Assembly: GCA_905178155.1 (NCBI GenBank) | Contig: CAJINV010000003.1 | Location: 4,933,863-4,997,862 of the forward strand | Direction: 5' to 3' | Source: Amoebophrya sp. A120 | Taxonomy: Eukaryota; Protista; Dinoflagellata | DNA length: 64,000 nucleotides | Shown: positions 1 through 13,854 of the stretch, in pieces | Layout: every line of letters starts with the position of its first letter | How positions within the stretch are numbered: the first letter of the stretch is position 1 | Translations under genes and position numbers: made by a program | The notes under the pieces: generated by a model | What the model saw: the letters and a program-made list of their open reading frames with translations, nothing else | What the model was told of the DNA's origin: nothing | Database searches by the model: none

Positions 1-2019
1 TGCGTGTATCTCCAACTGCGTACATCCCCGCCTGCGCGCAAGCTCCCCGCGAACCAAGAGTCCTCGTTTGCAAGAAAACTCTCGTCACCTCCACGCACAA
101 GCGATCCTATGGCTCGTAGGTATTCGAGCGGATAATCATGAGCAATCCACTGCGCAGCGCGTTCGAAGAAGCTGGATATCTTCACGTCTTCGCTCGTTGT
201 GTTCGATACTCTTCTAGGAAGCGGCACTGGAAAAAGTTTGTCTCTTTCAGTGCCCGGGCCTCCGCCAGAAGAGTTATTTGCCTCGCTTATTTTGTGAGGG
301 ACAGCAAAATCTAGCTGCTCCAGGGTCGTTCGAACAGCGACACGTGGCTCTAGACGCATGGATCTCCACCTCCCCCAATCCGGATCCGGATCCCAGTAGT
401 GAGCAACGCGATCCGCGAAGCCCCACCGCAATGCGCTTGTACCAAGTGGCAGTGCAACTAACGGTAGGCTGGCCGGTTCGAAATGAGGTTTCAGCTGCAA
501 TTGTAAGAGACTCATGAAATTCCCCTGCACCCGTTCAATTTTCATGTCATGCTCGGCTTCGTAGGTCGTCCCCCAAGGTATAACGCTGCTCGGGTCGAAC
601 CCCGAACGCAATAAGACATCAATGTCCGTGATTCGTTCAAGCTCTTCCGCAAACAGCGACGCTGGGTGTTGCGTAGACGTCGCGTCGACCCCGCCGGTGC
701 TGGTGGCAGTGCCGACGTACTGCGTTGGAGCACCCTGCTGCTGGTCGTAAGCGTCACTGTTCTCATACTCTTCATCCTGCGGACCACCTTGCACTTCTGC
801 GATTGATGTCTTCTGCGTCCCGCTCTCTTTATATCGGAGTGATATGGCTCGTGCGGCTTGCAGCAAGGAGTCGGTCGCACTCGTGGTGCAGAAGAAAAGC
901 CAGATCATCCGCGCGGTCATTTCTTCGGATCGGTCAAAGATAGCCGCGGAGAAACATCATGAACAAACTGGCACCTGGTGTAGTGACGCGGACAGGGCTG
1001 CTGCCGAGAGGCAAACCGTTCGTCTCCGCACAGGTTTGCCTCGGCGGTGTCGAACCCCTCGACGGGGTTCGACACCGCTCTGCTAACACGGAGGCTCGGC
1101 CCGTGCCGATTCCCGTAGGAACTTGTTGGACTAAAGCCTCGCAAGCATGATGTATAGCCGAGTTTCCGTGCGGTCCAGTTTCATCTTTCTATACTAAGCA
1201 TAAAAGACACAGTCTGTCATGGATGATAAACTAAAAAAAAGAAGAAAGATCATATCGATCCCGGCAATAATTTGCAAAATGCCGATGTTGCAACAAAAAT
1301 GAAGATAAACATAAATTTATGGGATGTTGGTTGGATGTTCCTGGAAAATTTCTTGATGCAATGGTACAGCACGCGTCCATGAAATATTAACAAAGCTCTG
1401 TAAAAGCCGCATCGCATTCGGAAGCCGACATCCATGTGAATCAAATTAGGCAAGAGCATGAGTATCACAACCCGATGAAAGCCGCACCGGCAAGAGGAAC
1501 CGAGAAAAAAGGCATCAATCCGCATGTATCATGATATTCGAATGTATAACGATTTAGATTTTCTTGATGTTGCATTGAGCCGTACAAAAAACACCGATGG
1601 AATACGAGATCTGCAGCAGCTGGAATCCGGCAGATGCCGATTCATCAGATGCACCAGACCGCGACCGATTGATACACACTTTGACTGTCTGCAGGCACTT
1701 CTCCTGAAACGAACCTGTATCTGGTGGACCGATTGAATATTTTCTGAGATTCACAGGCAAAAAAGCAGAATCTTCACTGGGTCGTGCCGACAATTTCACT
1801 GCCTTCCGCGATGGGCAGATGGATTGCTTTGGAGCATCCCCCAAAGACAAACCGATTCTTGTTGGTTGGCCAATTTTCAACCGAATAATTCATACATTCC
1901 AGGACACTATCTGATGTCGCTCGGCGCACACGAGACCATGAACAAAGACCGACAAGAACGAAAGAGAACAGAATAATGGAACAAACACCATGTAAAATCG
2001 AAGGTACGATCACTGTCAC
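1..2019 (-). CDS. Hypothetical multi-exon protein, possibly with an N-terminal hydrophobic segment; probably runs off the window start
   Basis: Minus-strand ORF fragments 1774-2019 (hydrophobic VCSIILFSFVLVGLC), 1554-1880 and 1250-1525, plus GC-rich coding-like sequence at 1-1150. Exon structure is not resolved. Confidence 0.3.
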
Positions 2020-2415
2020 GTAGCTGCGCTGGCCGAAAATTCAGAAACCCGGCTCGGTCATGTCAACATCATTTTGAACTGGATATGAGAGAAGTTGTGG
2101 AGAGAGCCCTGTGATTTTCCTTCGTATTTTGTTCATTATCATTTTCTGGCATCATCTTCTCTCTAAAGATTGAGTATCGAAACTTTCACAAACTCGAATA
2201 CACATTCACATTAGGTAACAAGGAAGCACGCACTAGTACTAACTACTTAATACGACGATTCAAATCATCGCGTAAACAATGCGACGACAAAGTGACACGT
2301 TGGTAAAAAATCGTTCGCCGGAAGCATGGACGGTGCATGCATTTGGAATCGCACCGAGTACCACGGACTCCGCTCCGTAAACCAGAACCACGAGAAAAAT
2401 GTGCAACTTGACCAA

Positions 2416-4170
2416 TCACCACAGCCGCTGAAGATGCGGTTGCAGAGAGGAGGACCAGTCCGTGGAGCGCAGATCGCGCAAGGCGCCGGCAATGGACACC
2501 GGCTCAATTGGAGTGGGCTGTCGCACCCGGTAGTTGCCTCTGTGCGGGTCTAGGTCAAAGACCGCACCGGCAGTGTAAACACGATCGTCAACCCGGCGGT
2601 TCAGATTTCCCATGTACCGCTCGTACCCCGTTTGCAGTGCCCGGCTGGAGGACTCGAAGCCCCCCAAGCGAGATTGCGAGTTGGCCACCTCACCGAACGA
2701 ACGACCGCTTCCTTCTTCCCCTTCCAGCGCGCTGCGAGACGTCGAACCTGAAAAAGTGACCGGATTTCGATTTGCAAATGATTGAAACAAATACTCATCG
2801 CATCAAAGTGTCTATAAACTTGCGCGATGATCGTCGGCAGGCGTGAGAACCTTTTTCTTTGTATTTGAAGACTATATGCTCGACGCGATGGCAATTTATC
2901 ACCACTCCACTCACTTGTTCTCAGCACCACATCACAAGCTACCGAGCCTTGAGCGGACGGCAGGGAAAAACGTCGCCGGGACGCGATAGTGGAGGCACGT
3001 GCTCGACTTCGCGCGGCGCAGACCGGTACGGGGGGCGCTGTGGTACCTCGCGCCTGACAGGTAATTGGTGCTCTGGAACGCGGACATCACGGCCTCCGTG
3101 GCTGACCGGGTTGGCTCGAGGACGGGGATGCGCTGCCGCTCCTCCTCCCGCAGCGACGCCCGGGCGGCTTCCGCTATACGCACCGCCTGATCCGCAGACC
3201 GTGTCACTTTGTACAGTGGCTGCTGCTGCAGAGGAGACGGGGGCAGGAGTTGAAAGATGAGGGAATTTTTACTCGAAGGCGGCACCGAAGAGGACACGGT
3301 AGCAGGTGGTGGACCATTCATCATCATCGCTCCGTTATTTGTGCTGAAATAATTTCTTCTAGGGTCGCTAGTAGTTGTAAAACCGTCAGCCTGTAATTTC
3401 GCTGGTGTACGGCCTCGAGTTGCTAATCGATCCGGTCCAGCAGTTGGTACGGGCATAGCATCCGCTGTACTACCCGATGCCGTGTCTTTGCTGTCCATCG
3501 TCGGATCATCCCCGGCATCAGATCTGTTTCGTCGAAAGAGAAGATGTCCCCCGTTCGATCGGTGCTCATCGAGAAAGGACCGGACCTCGGGAAAGAGCTT
3601 CTTCTTCACTTCACGTACGGTGTCCCGCAGCAGAAGAATGGGTTCCAAGGCGGGCGTGGGAAGCTCGGGATCCTGCTCCTTCGTGAACACCGACGGCGCG
3701 GCTGTACTGGCTCGAATGTGCTTCCACGACTCACGCGGCGCGGTGGCCTCCCAAAAGTCGCCCAGCAGCGCCGTGACGGGCGTTTCCACGTAGTCGTACC
3801 TAGAATAGGATCGATCGAGCGCTCGTGAGGACACCGGGAGGAAAGAAGAACTACTCCCGTTCTGTTCCAGCAGCGATCGCGGTTCCGACGAAGACAGGGC
3901 CGCAAACTCCTCGGGTCGAGGTGAGGACAAGCAACTCGTCACACCGTTGTTCTCGCCATCAGCAAGCTGAAGTAATTGCACCGGTCCGCGAAGGCAACCC
4001 GCACTTGCTTCCGCTGGCGGCAGACTGTCAACGCTGTCCACAGCAGTCGCGTGACGGTGGTGGCTGTATCCTTTGGCGTAAAAGGCTCGGTCTAGGTCAT
4101 CTGCCAAGGCCTCTGCTCTTTCGAGCGCCTCCAACGCTCGAGACGGAGCTGAGGGCATTTCTCTTTTCAA
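2416..4170 (-). CDS. Hypothetical protein (412-aa exon plus probable downstream exon)
   Basis: Long ORF 2932-4170 and a coding-like ORF 2416-2790, separated by an AT-richer intron-like gap. No recognisable domain. Confidence 0.55.
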
Positions 4171-4800
4171 TTTTTCACGGCTTTTCGTTTTGGAAGCTGA
4201 GGATTACGATCTTACAGCTACTTTGGAATTCGATGACTAACGTGATGAAATAGCCTTCTTTCTTCCGGTGGCTACAAACTGATTTCAGCTGGACCCTTGT
4301 GATTATCTGCGTTCTTGTCTTTGCTAGGGCATCAGACTGCCAAGCATGTAGTCTGCGCACCTTGCTCCTGAATAAAAAACGTTGCTCTTCCTTTTGTATT
4401 TTTGAATATTGCATGTATTAAACCAAAACCCCGTGTGTCAGTCTCTCGCTTTTGTTTTTCTCGCGTGGTGCAACGACAAAGACTAGAAAACACATCCAAT
4501 AGTGATAAATCTCGAAAGAGACTTAACTGCACTGTGGGTTCCGCCGTGCTTATCTTTTCTAGATGAACACAAAGAGACACATCTGTACACGGAGGTGCAT
4601 TTTTGCCCAGTCAGACCTCTGCGAAGTCCGTCGTTGATCTTGTTTCTCGTATGTGATTTTGATTTTGCTCAAGCAGATTTACTCCGCTCGTTGAAAATCG
4701 AATGACGACATACTTTCAAATTCGGTCATGCAGGTTGACGATACAGTCGTGCGACGACCGCATGGTCGGCACTGTTGATGTCAGCAGATGCAGTCGCGGA

Positions 4801-5400
4801 TCACTGAGTCCCTAAAAGCGTGTATTTGATAAGAGTGAAAAGGACAAAGTAAAAGGCAACCTCATTCAGAATACGAACATACGCAAAGCAAAAGCAGGCA
4901 TCCGTTGCCCCATCGCAAGCTTCGGCTTCTACCTCGTCTACTTCCCAATTTATGTAGCATGAGGGGTGTAGTTCTGCCGCCTCCCCGGCTACTGGCCTCG
5001 GTAGTAGAAGTGTCACCAACAGGACGAAAAAGCCCTCCGACATAAAATGCCGCGGAGACCAACAGGACGACTTTCTTGCGGCTCTAGCGGCGGCGAGTCC
5101 AGCGACAAATGCGCGCGTGTCATTCGCTTGCTCTCCGTTGTGCGTGCGCCGCTTCGCAAGCACGACGCTGTTCGATGAAGTACCCTCCCCTTCTCCTCCT
5201 GTTCGCCGTCTGCTTCTTGCTTGTTCCCTACTTACACCGCTTTCGGCGCCCCAGCAATCACCCGAACGATACTCCTGATCGTGGTCAGTGGCGGCCGTGG
5301 CCATCATCTCTTGCGGCAGCGCCATACTTTTCCGACGAGCGCTCGCACCAGCACAGATCCTGGCTACGAGTGAGTGGCTCTCGCCCTCGTGGCGCCACAC
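4801..5400 (-). CDS. Hypothetical protein with hydrophobic segments
   Basis: 199-aa ORF containing FFVLLVTLLLP. Boundaries are uncertain. Confidence 0.3.
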   Translation of the reverse strand: MWRHEGESHSLVARICAGASARRKSMALPQEMMATAATDHDQEYRSGDCWGAESGVSREQARSRRRTGGEGEGTSSNSVVLAKRRTHNGEQANDTRAFVAGLAAARAARKSSCWSPRHFMSEGFFVLLVTLLLPRPVAGEAAELHPSCYINWEVDEVEAEACDGATDACFCFAYVRILNEVAFYFVLFTLIKYTLLGTQ

Positions 5401-6321
5401 TTGCTCTTCTTAAATGGCCTAGGAAGTAGTTCCCATGATCACAAGTACGCAATGGGTGAAAGTAGCTACGGGTCCTGGAAATAGTAACTAGCAGTAAGTA
5501 GTAGTTTTACTCATTTACCCAGCCGAGGTGTAAATATTTGCCAAAACAAGGTGTTCAACTCTCTCGTGGTCCCCATTCCACACACGACGGGAAAAAAGTG
5601 AAGACAAGTGCGAAAGCCCTTCCGATTTCGATAAAGTCGTGGATATCTACTCTTTTCGTTTTCCCCATACAATCAAAGCCCAAGCATGAGTATGCTTCCT
5701 TTCGCACGGTGGCGGTGCTGTGGTCTATTTCTTCTGATGTAATACTCTGACTGCTTACTGGACCCGAGCAAGCTGCAGGAAATAAAGCAACGTCAGGTGC
5801 GACTACATCTAAATTTTCTACTTACTTGCGCTTCTCTCTAAGGACGATCCTGCTAAGGTCTGGGATCAAACCTGACAGTAGCGTCACCCTGACGTCGTGT
5901 CTTTGGGGTTGAGCTATAGCGGACCGAAAAAGTATAGTTTACGTTTGTGGAAAAGACGCAAGACTCTTTTCGCAACTCTTCATGAGAGCAAAGCGAAAAT
6001 CTTCCCTCAAACGACCGCCTGTGGGAAACAGACCCGACGATAACTCTCTCGCGTTCTGCAACCGAGTCTTCCGAAAAAGAACAAACATCATAGCATTTGT
6101 TTCCTCTACAAGTGCTGCAGTGCTGTAGTAAATTGCCTTCTTATATATTTTTCGTTGGCTTTTTCTGTTCTTCTCGAGCCCGAAGGATGCGCGGTGTCGC
6201 ATCGAGCACACATTGCTGAAAAAACACATCTTCACGCAATGACTGTGAACATCTTGGTCGCTTCTGTCTTTCTTTGTGCTCGACGCGTTGGGGAAAGGAC
6301 TCCGGTAGTCGGGCAAGTGAA

Positions 6322-9300
6322 TCACTCTCGCTTCTTCCGGCTGGGTACCTTTTTTGTCGTTGCGCTCCTGTCCCGAGCGTCCGCTTGTTTTTCACGTGGG
6401 GATTTGGTCGTCTTGTTTTCCCGGAGCGTCTTTGCCCGGCTCTTCGTGCTTGTTGCTCGCGAGTCGCTAATGTCGTTTTTAGCTGCTTTGTTCACCGCTG
6501 CCGGGTGGCAACCGGCGGAGTGACTCGACGGTTTTGGTGATACGACGGGCGGCACACTTGCACTACCCGCTTTCCCAGCATGAGCGACCACCGCGGGGGA
6601 ATTTGTGCCGGAGGTGTTGTTTTCAACATGATCTTGACTTGTTTTGCTGCTCCTGGAACCAGGCTTCTGCTCGTTCCTCGCAGCGCTGCTGCCACTCACG
6701 AGACGGCGCTGTCTCGCTCTCTTCTTGTCGCTGTCGGCTATTTCAGGGCTTAGCGTGGTCCCGGCGTGGTCCACCTTTTTCGCACCCTTCCGCGTACTGG
6801 ACCGTCCTACCGCCGTGGCACTCCTGGGACTGGGAGTCGTCGCGCTGCGACTCGAGCTCGATGTGCTACACGCCTTCAGCTTCGTTGATTTTGCCTTGGT
6901 ACTATCGCATTTCGCTGCGGCCTTAGAGTTCTTGATGTCCTCGCCTGCCATCGTTCTCCTGTCTTTTTGCTCTGCAGGCACATCATCAGCTTCCTGCCTT
7001 TGCAGTTGAGTCTCAGCTGGCGTCGCTGGTCGTGCGGTTGTCTCCTGCCTGCGGTTTTGACAAGTTTCTTTTCCTTCGTCTTCCCGGACGCGCTTCAGCC
7101 GCGTCAATTCTGTCGAGTGGTCGAGCAAGTCCAGCTTTGCGCGGGTGCTAGCCGACGGCCCTTTCGGATTACTCGCAATTTTCCTCTTCTTGGCCGGGTG
7201 TTGCTGGTGAGAAGCGTGCGGGTTTTGTTCTGCTTCTTTTTTCTGTCGCGCCGAGGAAGCGCCCCCGTTCGTATCATTCTTACTTTCCTTGTCTATCTCA
7301 GTCGCTGTAACTTTGTCAACGACCGGAGATGGCTTTAGTCTTTCATCTTCTCCGCTGAGTTTCTCATTGACGAGCTTGTCAAGCACGGCTAGCTCCTCCG
7401 AAAGCTGCGCTTTTTCTTGAGTCTCCCCATGGAGCTGATGGCGCGTCCTCGGCAAAGAGGACGCGTTGCCGGTGGCGGGGGTCCCTACTTCTGCGGTCTC
7501 TGCTCGCTTGGCTTCCGTGACAGACCTCGGCGCGGCCGCCGGAGGTCGGTCTTTCGCAGAGGCAAGACCGCTTCCTAGGGGATCTACTCTCACCGCGGGC
7601 CGCTTTCCGCTCCTGCTCACATCCGCAAACCCGGCGTTCTCTGGAACGCGTTGCCCTTGCCCGCCGTCATGTACTGTAGTCAGACGCACAGTAATATCTC
7701 CTCCCTCTCCGTTAGGACAAAGGAGCTGCGGTTTACAAACAGAGGAGCTACTTGAAGATGCGCTTGCGCCACCGTTCTGCGTGGACAGTGTGCTCGAGGC
7801 CGTTCTCGACCTAGCGCCGCACGAGGGAACAACATCGCAGCCAGCGTCTCGTATCGGGGATGGCAGTGCCTCCCAAGAACTAGACCTGTCGACTGTTATT
7901 TTCGGCGAACCCGTTTGTTTCGCCGGTTCTGCGCTTGCTGCCTGCTCCCCCGTCCTTGCGGAGGCGGCTGCACCGCCGTCCAGAGGGTTTTTGTGAGAAG
8001 GAGCTGGCTCGATCCTGCTGCAATCTGCAAGTACGAGCGACTGACGGGCACCTTCTCTACGCACGTTGTTGTGGTTCGATCCTTTCTCTGGCGGACCTCC
8101 CCCTGTTCGCCCGCCCGTTGTTGAGGTGTTGAACGCGTTTCCCTTGCTTTCAGACACTGTTTTGGCCCGACGCGGTGGCGGTTCGCCATCCTCATCTTCG
8201 TCGGAGGAAAAGGGGGAGTGCATCTTCTGGTGTCCGCGCAGCGATAAGCCTTTGTGAACATCGATCTCGGAGTCGCTCTCTTCGTCGTCGTAAAACGTCT
8301 CTTTCTGCATACGCGAAAGGCGAAAATTGTATTTCGTGAGCTTGGGAATGTCTATCTTCAACATCTTTGCGGCAATGCTATCAACCTCGTCGTGCAGGTG
8401 CTGCTTTGGTGTGCTTGTGACAATCCTTTGTCGAAAGGCCTCTTGAATCTCGAGTTGACCTGAGATTTGCAATTGGAACAGTTATTTTTCTGCATCTATA
8501 AAGATGACCTCAACCTCTTCGCGAAATCAAATACTCAAAAAAGACGGGCGACAATGTAGATTGCGCTTCACATTTTACGGCTTGCTCTGTTGAGAAACGC
8601 AACATCAGCTCGAGACGACAACGACGGGGTGCCACCAGAGAGATGGCCCGACGCTTTTCATCTTATTCTTATACACTGCAGCCAGCAACGACCACGCACG
8701 ATAATTGTAATAAAAAAATTGTTCTTTTGTTGTCGCATGAAAAGGTGAAAAAAAATGAGTGCAAGTCAAAACTGTTTACGGTAGATTCTGTCGGCGAGGC
8801 GCCAGTACTCCACGTAGCGGCGCGTCTTGTTGACACCAATATGCTCGTGGACCGCCTCTTCCAACCTTTTGCCCGGGCGGTCGGGACTTAGGACGGCAAG
8901 CTTCGGCTGCCGCTCGCGGTCGTCGGCTGTCATCTCGCTCTCCCGCTGTTCCCACTTCCGCAAAATGTCTTCTGCCTTCTCGCGCACTTCAGCGGGTAGA
9001 GGAACCTCGGCGTTTGCTATCTCGGCGAGTCGCCGCTTCAGCCCTGTGGGCTCCCCCGCCCGAACACACTTCAGCTTGTTCAACACAGACGGCTCGATCT
9101 CCAGGCTATCCAACTGTCGCAAGAGCAAGAAAAGCGTGCGGGCCTCGCGCGTTACCAAGACAAGCTCGGTGAACAGATTCTTCTCCTTGATCTCTTTGTG
9201 AAACGTGTCTAAGTTGAAACCCGTTTCGTACAAAATCCGGGACGAACCTGGTACTCGCTTAGCATCCTGCTTCTTCTGTTTCGTCGCTGCAAAGAGAAAC

Positions 9301-10664
9301 CTGTATTGCAAGGCACAAAATCCATGGATACACGACCTTTCACTTGTTTCAGAGTGTGACTCTTGTACTAAGGAGGTAATAAGGGTTGACGCTGCTCTAA
9401 GAAAACACGGAGCTTCAAGCTGTGTTGTGCGAGCTACCGCCAGCAACAGAATTTAAAAAGCAACGACCTACTAATTTGGCGTCAGGAGTAGATAGAAGTT
9501 GTACCATTTCTCATCCGCCGTCATGATCGTGTGCGAGTCATGAGGCCAAAGGCGAAGATCTGCTTCCCACGTCGTGTGCGCGCCGAGCTCCTGGTCTGCG
9601 TCATCTTCTGCGGGCGATCGGGCGTTCATCCTTCGTCCACGGTCCTTTGCTTGCTTACCCGAATCTTCGAAGGTTTCGTAGGTGATTGTTACCTGTATAT
9701 GAATAAAAAGTTCCGAAGGATCGATGAGAAAAGTTTGCGGATCAAAGAAATCAGTTGCGTATCCGCCTTTGCGTTTTGATGAAAATACTTAAACAACCAC
9801 GATAAGTCGTCGTAACAACGAACTGCAGCCGATAAATAAATATTCAGCCGGGGAAAGAAGAAAAGGTACTTTATCCTCACAACAGGTCAGATCTGTTGAG
9901 CGTGATAAATGTCAAGAAGTCATCCTTCTGTATGGCCGCAATCTGCACATTCATTCTTTCTTGCTCCTCGCAAGGGAAGTTGATACGAATAAAATTTGTC
10001 TCTCCGACCTATACCGGATCTCCACTGAGTGTTGTGACTTTGTCACAGAGGAAACGCGGCTCAAACTGGGTAGAATTTCCTTTAGCGCCAGCTAGAAAAG
10101 GAAGGCAATCAGCTACATCAAATCAAGCCAGAATGCCCGCTGGAATGACGCGTGGTACTATGAGCGAGTGTCACAGAGAAGCAAGTTGACGCGAACAACC
10201 TTACACATACAACGACGTCAAGAAAAAACTAATCTAAATTTGCAAAAGAGAGCAGGAAAAAGTGTAAGTGAGTAAGTAGGGAGCACCTCGTAGGTGTGCC
10301 AAGGGTCTTTGCTGGGGAGGCAATGCTCCTTCGTATCTGGCCCGGTGGAGACCTGGAGCTTGGAAATTTTCCGGATGACCTTAATCGGCTTGGCCGTGCA
10401 TTTCTGCAAGTCTACTTTTCCCAACTCTTCGAGCAACCGGGTGAGCCACTTCGAGTGACAGGACAAGTCGCGACGCTGGAGCAAGGGATTCCCCAGGTTC
10501 AGGATCCAGTCAAACTTCGCCGTCACTATAGCGCGATCCTGTGACGGAATATTTTTGTCGCGGTCGTCGGTCCGTAGGTGGAAAATTCTGTGGCCAGCAG
10601 AAGACGATGAAGAAGACGATGGTCCGCCAGTGCCTCCGGTCGACGCTGAGGACGCGTTGGACAT
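6322..10664 (-). CDS. Large multi-exon protein with a possible TFIIS N-terminal-like helical domain and a long low-complexity basic/Ser-rich C-terminal region
   Basis: ORFs 10218-10664 (ATG start), 8766-9446 and 6322-8472. The segment LLLRQLDSLEIEPSVLNKLK...AEVREKAEDILRKWEQ resembles the TFIIS/IWS1 LW domain by eye. Joining these into one gene is inferred. Confidence 0.5.
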
Positions 10665-12157
10665 GATCCGCTTCCACCGCTCTCTAGCAGCTATAGAGCC
10701 GGCGAGTGCTTGATGTGCTTCTTCTCGATTCGTGTATCTTTCTTCCTTATAATCCCTCTAGCTTTATTTTCTGAAAATTATCCGCACGTTGCTTTGTCTC
10801 CTTGTTCCACGGCGCCACAATTTCTCGCCGATTACCTCCTTCTTTCCAGCACCCACCCGGGTCTCCGACGCACACAGCGGCTTCGGTTTTTCAGATATTG
10901 CGCTCCTCCGTACTGTGCGTTTCTTGAATTCAGGTGCTCACTTTGACTTTCTCAACGAGCTACTGGTAATAATTTGTCTGGATGGAACTTGGCATATGTA
11001 AAGGGCTCCTCGTTCGAGTCAAGATTTAGGCGTGAGCACGGGAACGACTGCGTGAGTTTTCTGGTGGCCGCAAAAGCCTCTCGCCCTGCTTTGGTTCTGC
11101 TGCGGTACTGCCGCGGAAGCAGCGCTAGTTGAAGCGCCGCGTAAATCGAGAATTCTGGATTACCGGACATTATTTTTCACGCTATCTTGTTCTGGCGATA
11201 CCAGCAGCTGAGCATCAAATATGCTCCCTGGAGTGTTGCAGATGAAAACGAACTGTTGCCTGGTGTAGCAAATTGATTCAAAGTGTCGTGGTAAGATTTT
11301 GTGGGTTAGGGTTAATGCGTCAGGCGTCTCTTCATGGACTGAGTGACTTTCTCGCTTACGTGTCCTATGGGGATGAATGAAGAAAGATTTTGTTCGTCTG
11401 TTGAGGGTATCCTTTTGGTCGACTTTCAACTACAAGTTCAAACTGGAAGAGGCTGCGACGCACTCTCCTATGAATTACAGATTAGTCACGGGGTGGTACG
11501 GGTAAAACTAAAACCTCGATGTAAATCGTCTTCGCTGTGTCTTAACGCTGCTCGGGTATGATTAGCTCCATCTGATTCTGTATTTCTTACTGCGCTTCAC
11601 GACGTCGTCCTATTCGCTGTATAGTTACTGTTACCTCGCTATGTGGTGAAAATTGATTAAGCTTCAAAAAAATTTTAGTAGTACTCACTTCTGAGCGAAT
11701 TACGTTACAAGAGGGGATTCTGATCTCTGCTGTCCTGGAGCTAGAATGTAGAAATCGTGATCACTGGTGACATCTGGGCGAACAGCGCGTGCGCAGATCC
11801 ATCCACACTACTTCGTTGCTGAATCCTTTCATGGCATGAAGCGATAGCGAGGAATACGAATAATCTGCCAACTACTTTTTTCTCTGCGACAGCGGCCAAT
11901 GGAAAAAGCCTTTGCCTTGGGTCTTTGTGCTATAGTGCGGCTACTCCCATCATAGCTAGTAGCGTGTTCTGATGCGAGGATCTTCAAGGAGCAAGTAGCA
12001 CAAAGATATCGCATCTGCGTCTGCAATTAGGTGGCAGAGCGGAGCCACTTACTTCAACCCTCGATAGACCACAGGAGCGGAGTATCTACGGGTCGCAGCC
12101 TGGCAAACGACTAGGTGTTTTAAGCTTGTGTGGTAAGACTGACAGCGCAGGACTTTT

Positions 12158-13335
12158 TTAGTGGGATCGATTTTTCCTATTGGGTTTCATCGAATTGGAA
12201 GGGCGGGAAGTCTTGCCGAAAAAGAGCTTGCCTCGGGTGGTTACCGGCAGCTCTATTTTCACCGCGGCCGCCTTATGGCACGCCAGAGTTTCCATGGGAC
12301 AGGCACGGCGTCTTGATGCCCGTCCGCGCCACGCCGAATCAAAATTTCCGCCAACTTGCGGTCCATCTTCCGAAGAGCCCGACCGAGTTGATCTCCATCG
12401 CTTACGCCGTCTTCTTGGAACCACGAGGGAGCGCTGGCAGGCACTGATGTGAATGAGCGAAGACAAGATTCCTATATGGACATAAGGAAGCAAGGGACCC
12501 AGTTCAGTACTTAATACGTTCGAGATACTTACGTTACAACATCTTTAGAGTTGCATGTGAAGAAAATCGAGCAGAAAAATGAGATATCATTACAGATTCC
12601 TTGTCATGCACTCTTCCTTCTAAACGCTGTCCTATGGCTGTTACCTGCAGGAATATCCTGTTCTTCGGTAGACTCCGCAGATGATTTGTCGCCCTGACCG
12701 ACCTGAGTCGCGCCTGCTCCAGCATTTATTTCTTGCGCTCCATCAAGAACGGTTCTGTGCCCGCCTCCCAGCTGTTGTCGAATCGCTCCTCTCTTCCGTG
12801 GGTCGAAAACGACGTAGCTGTAGTCGGCTTGTGGAACCAGGCTCTGCAACAAATGCCGCGAGGACATGGCGTGCCGGCGCTCCGCCGCGAAGAGCGCTGT
12901 TAGTGTCTCGCTTTCCGCGTGCAACGCATCTACTTCCCGCTGCAGCAGTTCCAGCGTGCGTGTCAGCGATTCGTTCTCATTCGTGATGTTATCCAGGGAC
13001 TCCATGCTGCTCTTCAGCGACTCGTCCAAGCTGGCCTTTAACCGTCGGTCCCGATTCACCTGCCCAAACAGCGCTTCCCACTCCACTTCAGTAGTCGTTG
13101 TGGACGTCGCGAGCGCTCCCGCTTCTCCCCCAGCCTGATCATGCCCTGATGCGCGGTTTCGTTCCGGTACGACAGCCTGGTGCTTCAGCTCCTGCACCTC
13201 ATCCCGGTATAGCAAAAGCAGGTCGTCTACGGTTGTAGTGGTCGCCCGCTTGCGCTGCTGGTACAACCGGAGCAGATACCATGGATCCGTGAGCAAGGTC
13301 GGATCCACTTCCACTTCCGACACACGGAAGGTCAT
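12158..13335 (-). CDS. Hypothetical coiled-coil protein (at least 2 exons)
   Basis: 243-aa ORF with heptad-like LKSSMESLDNITNENESLTRTLELLQREVDAL, a GTAAC donor near 12645 and downstream coding-like sequence at 12158-12493. Confidence 0.55.
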
Positions 13336-13854
13336 TTTTATTTCCCAATCCAGGAAGTACTTACTGTCGGGGGCTCAGACATTGACAGCAAAAGTGAACC
13401 AAGTTGAGGCAGTGGCTACGAGTCCCTTGAATTAGCAGGTGGACTACAACGTAGTAGAGACAGCGGACACAAAAAATGTTCGTTTCCGACCCTCCGCTGT
13501 TGAAGATGAACACTTACCAGTGTCACAGTAGGTACGCAACGTGATGGTTTCTAGGCTTTATCCTATTTTTCATTTTCACATCAACTTCAGCAACTACAAT
13601 TGAAGCATACCGATTTTTTCTTTTGGCGCTGTCAAATCCTTCAGTTTCTGCTGATGTGTGCGCTGTATTCTTAGAATGAGGCTGCTCCTGCGTGTAAGAA
13701 GAATAGACAAGTAATAAAACTCAGTTGTCAAAGATCGGCACTCGGATCGTCGGCATTTGAGATCTGAGATCCGTCTTCGGCGTAAAAAGTAGTTCTCTGT
13801 TGTCGCAGTTACCAGATTCGGCGAAACAAACGTCGCGGCAAGCTCCTTAGCTGC

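Noticed and set aside
1403-1486. 9-bp direct repeat AAAGCCGCA 75 bp apart as a relic element
   Set aside because: There are no TAT...ATA ends or convincing TIR, and the frame is open through it. It cannot be distinguished from chance or a small duplication.
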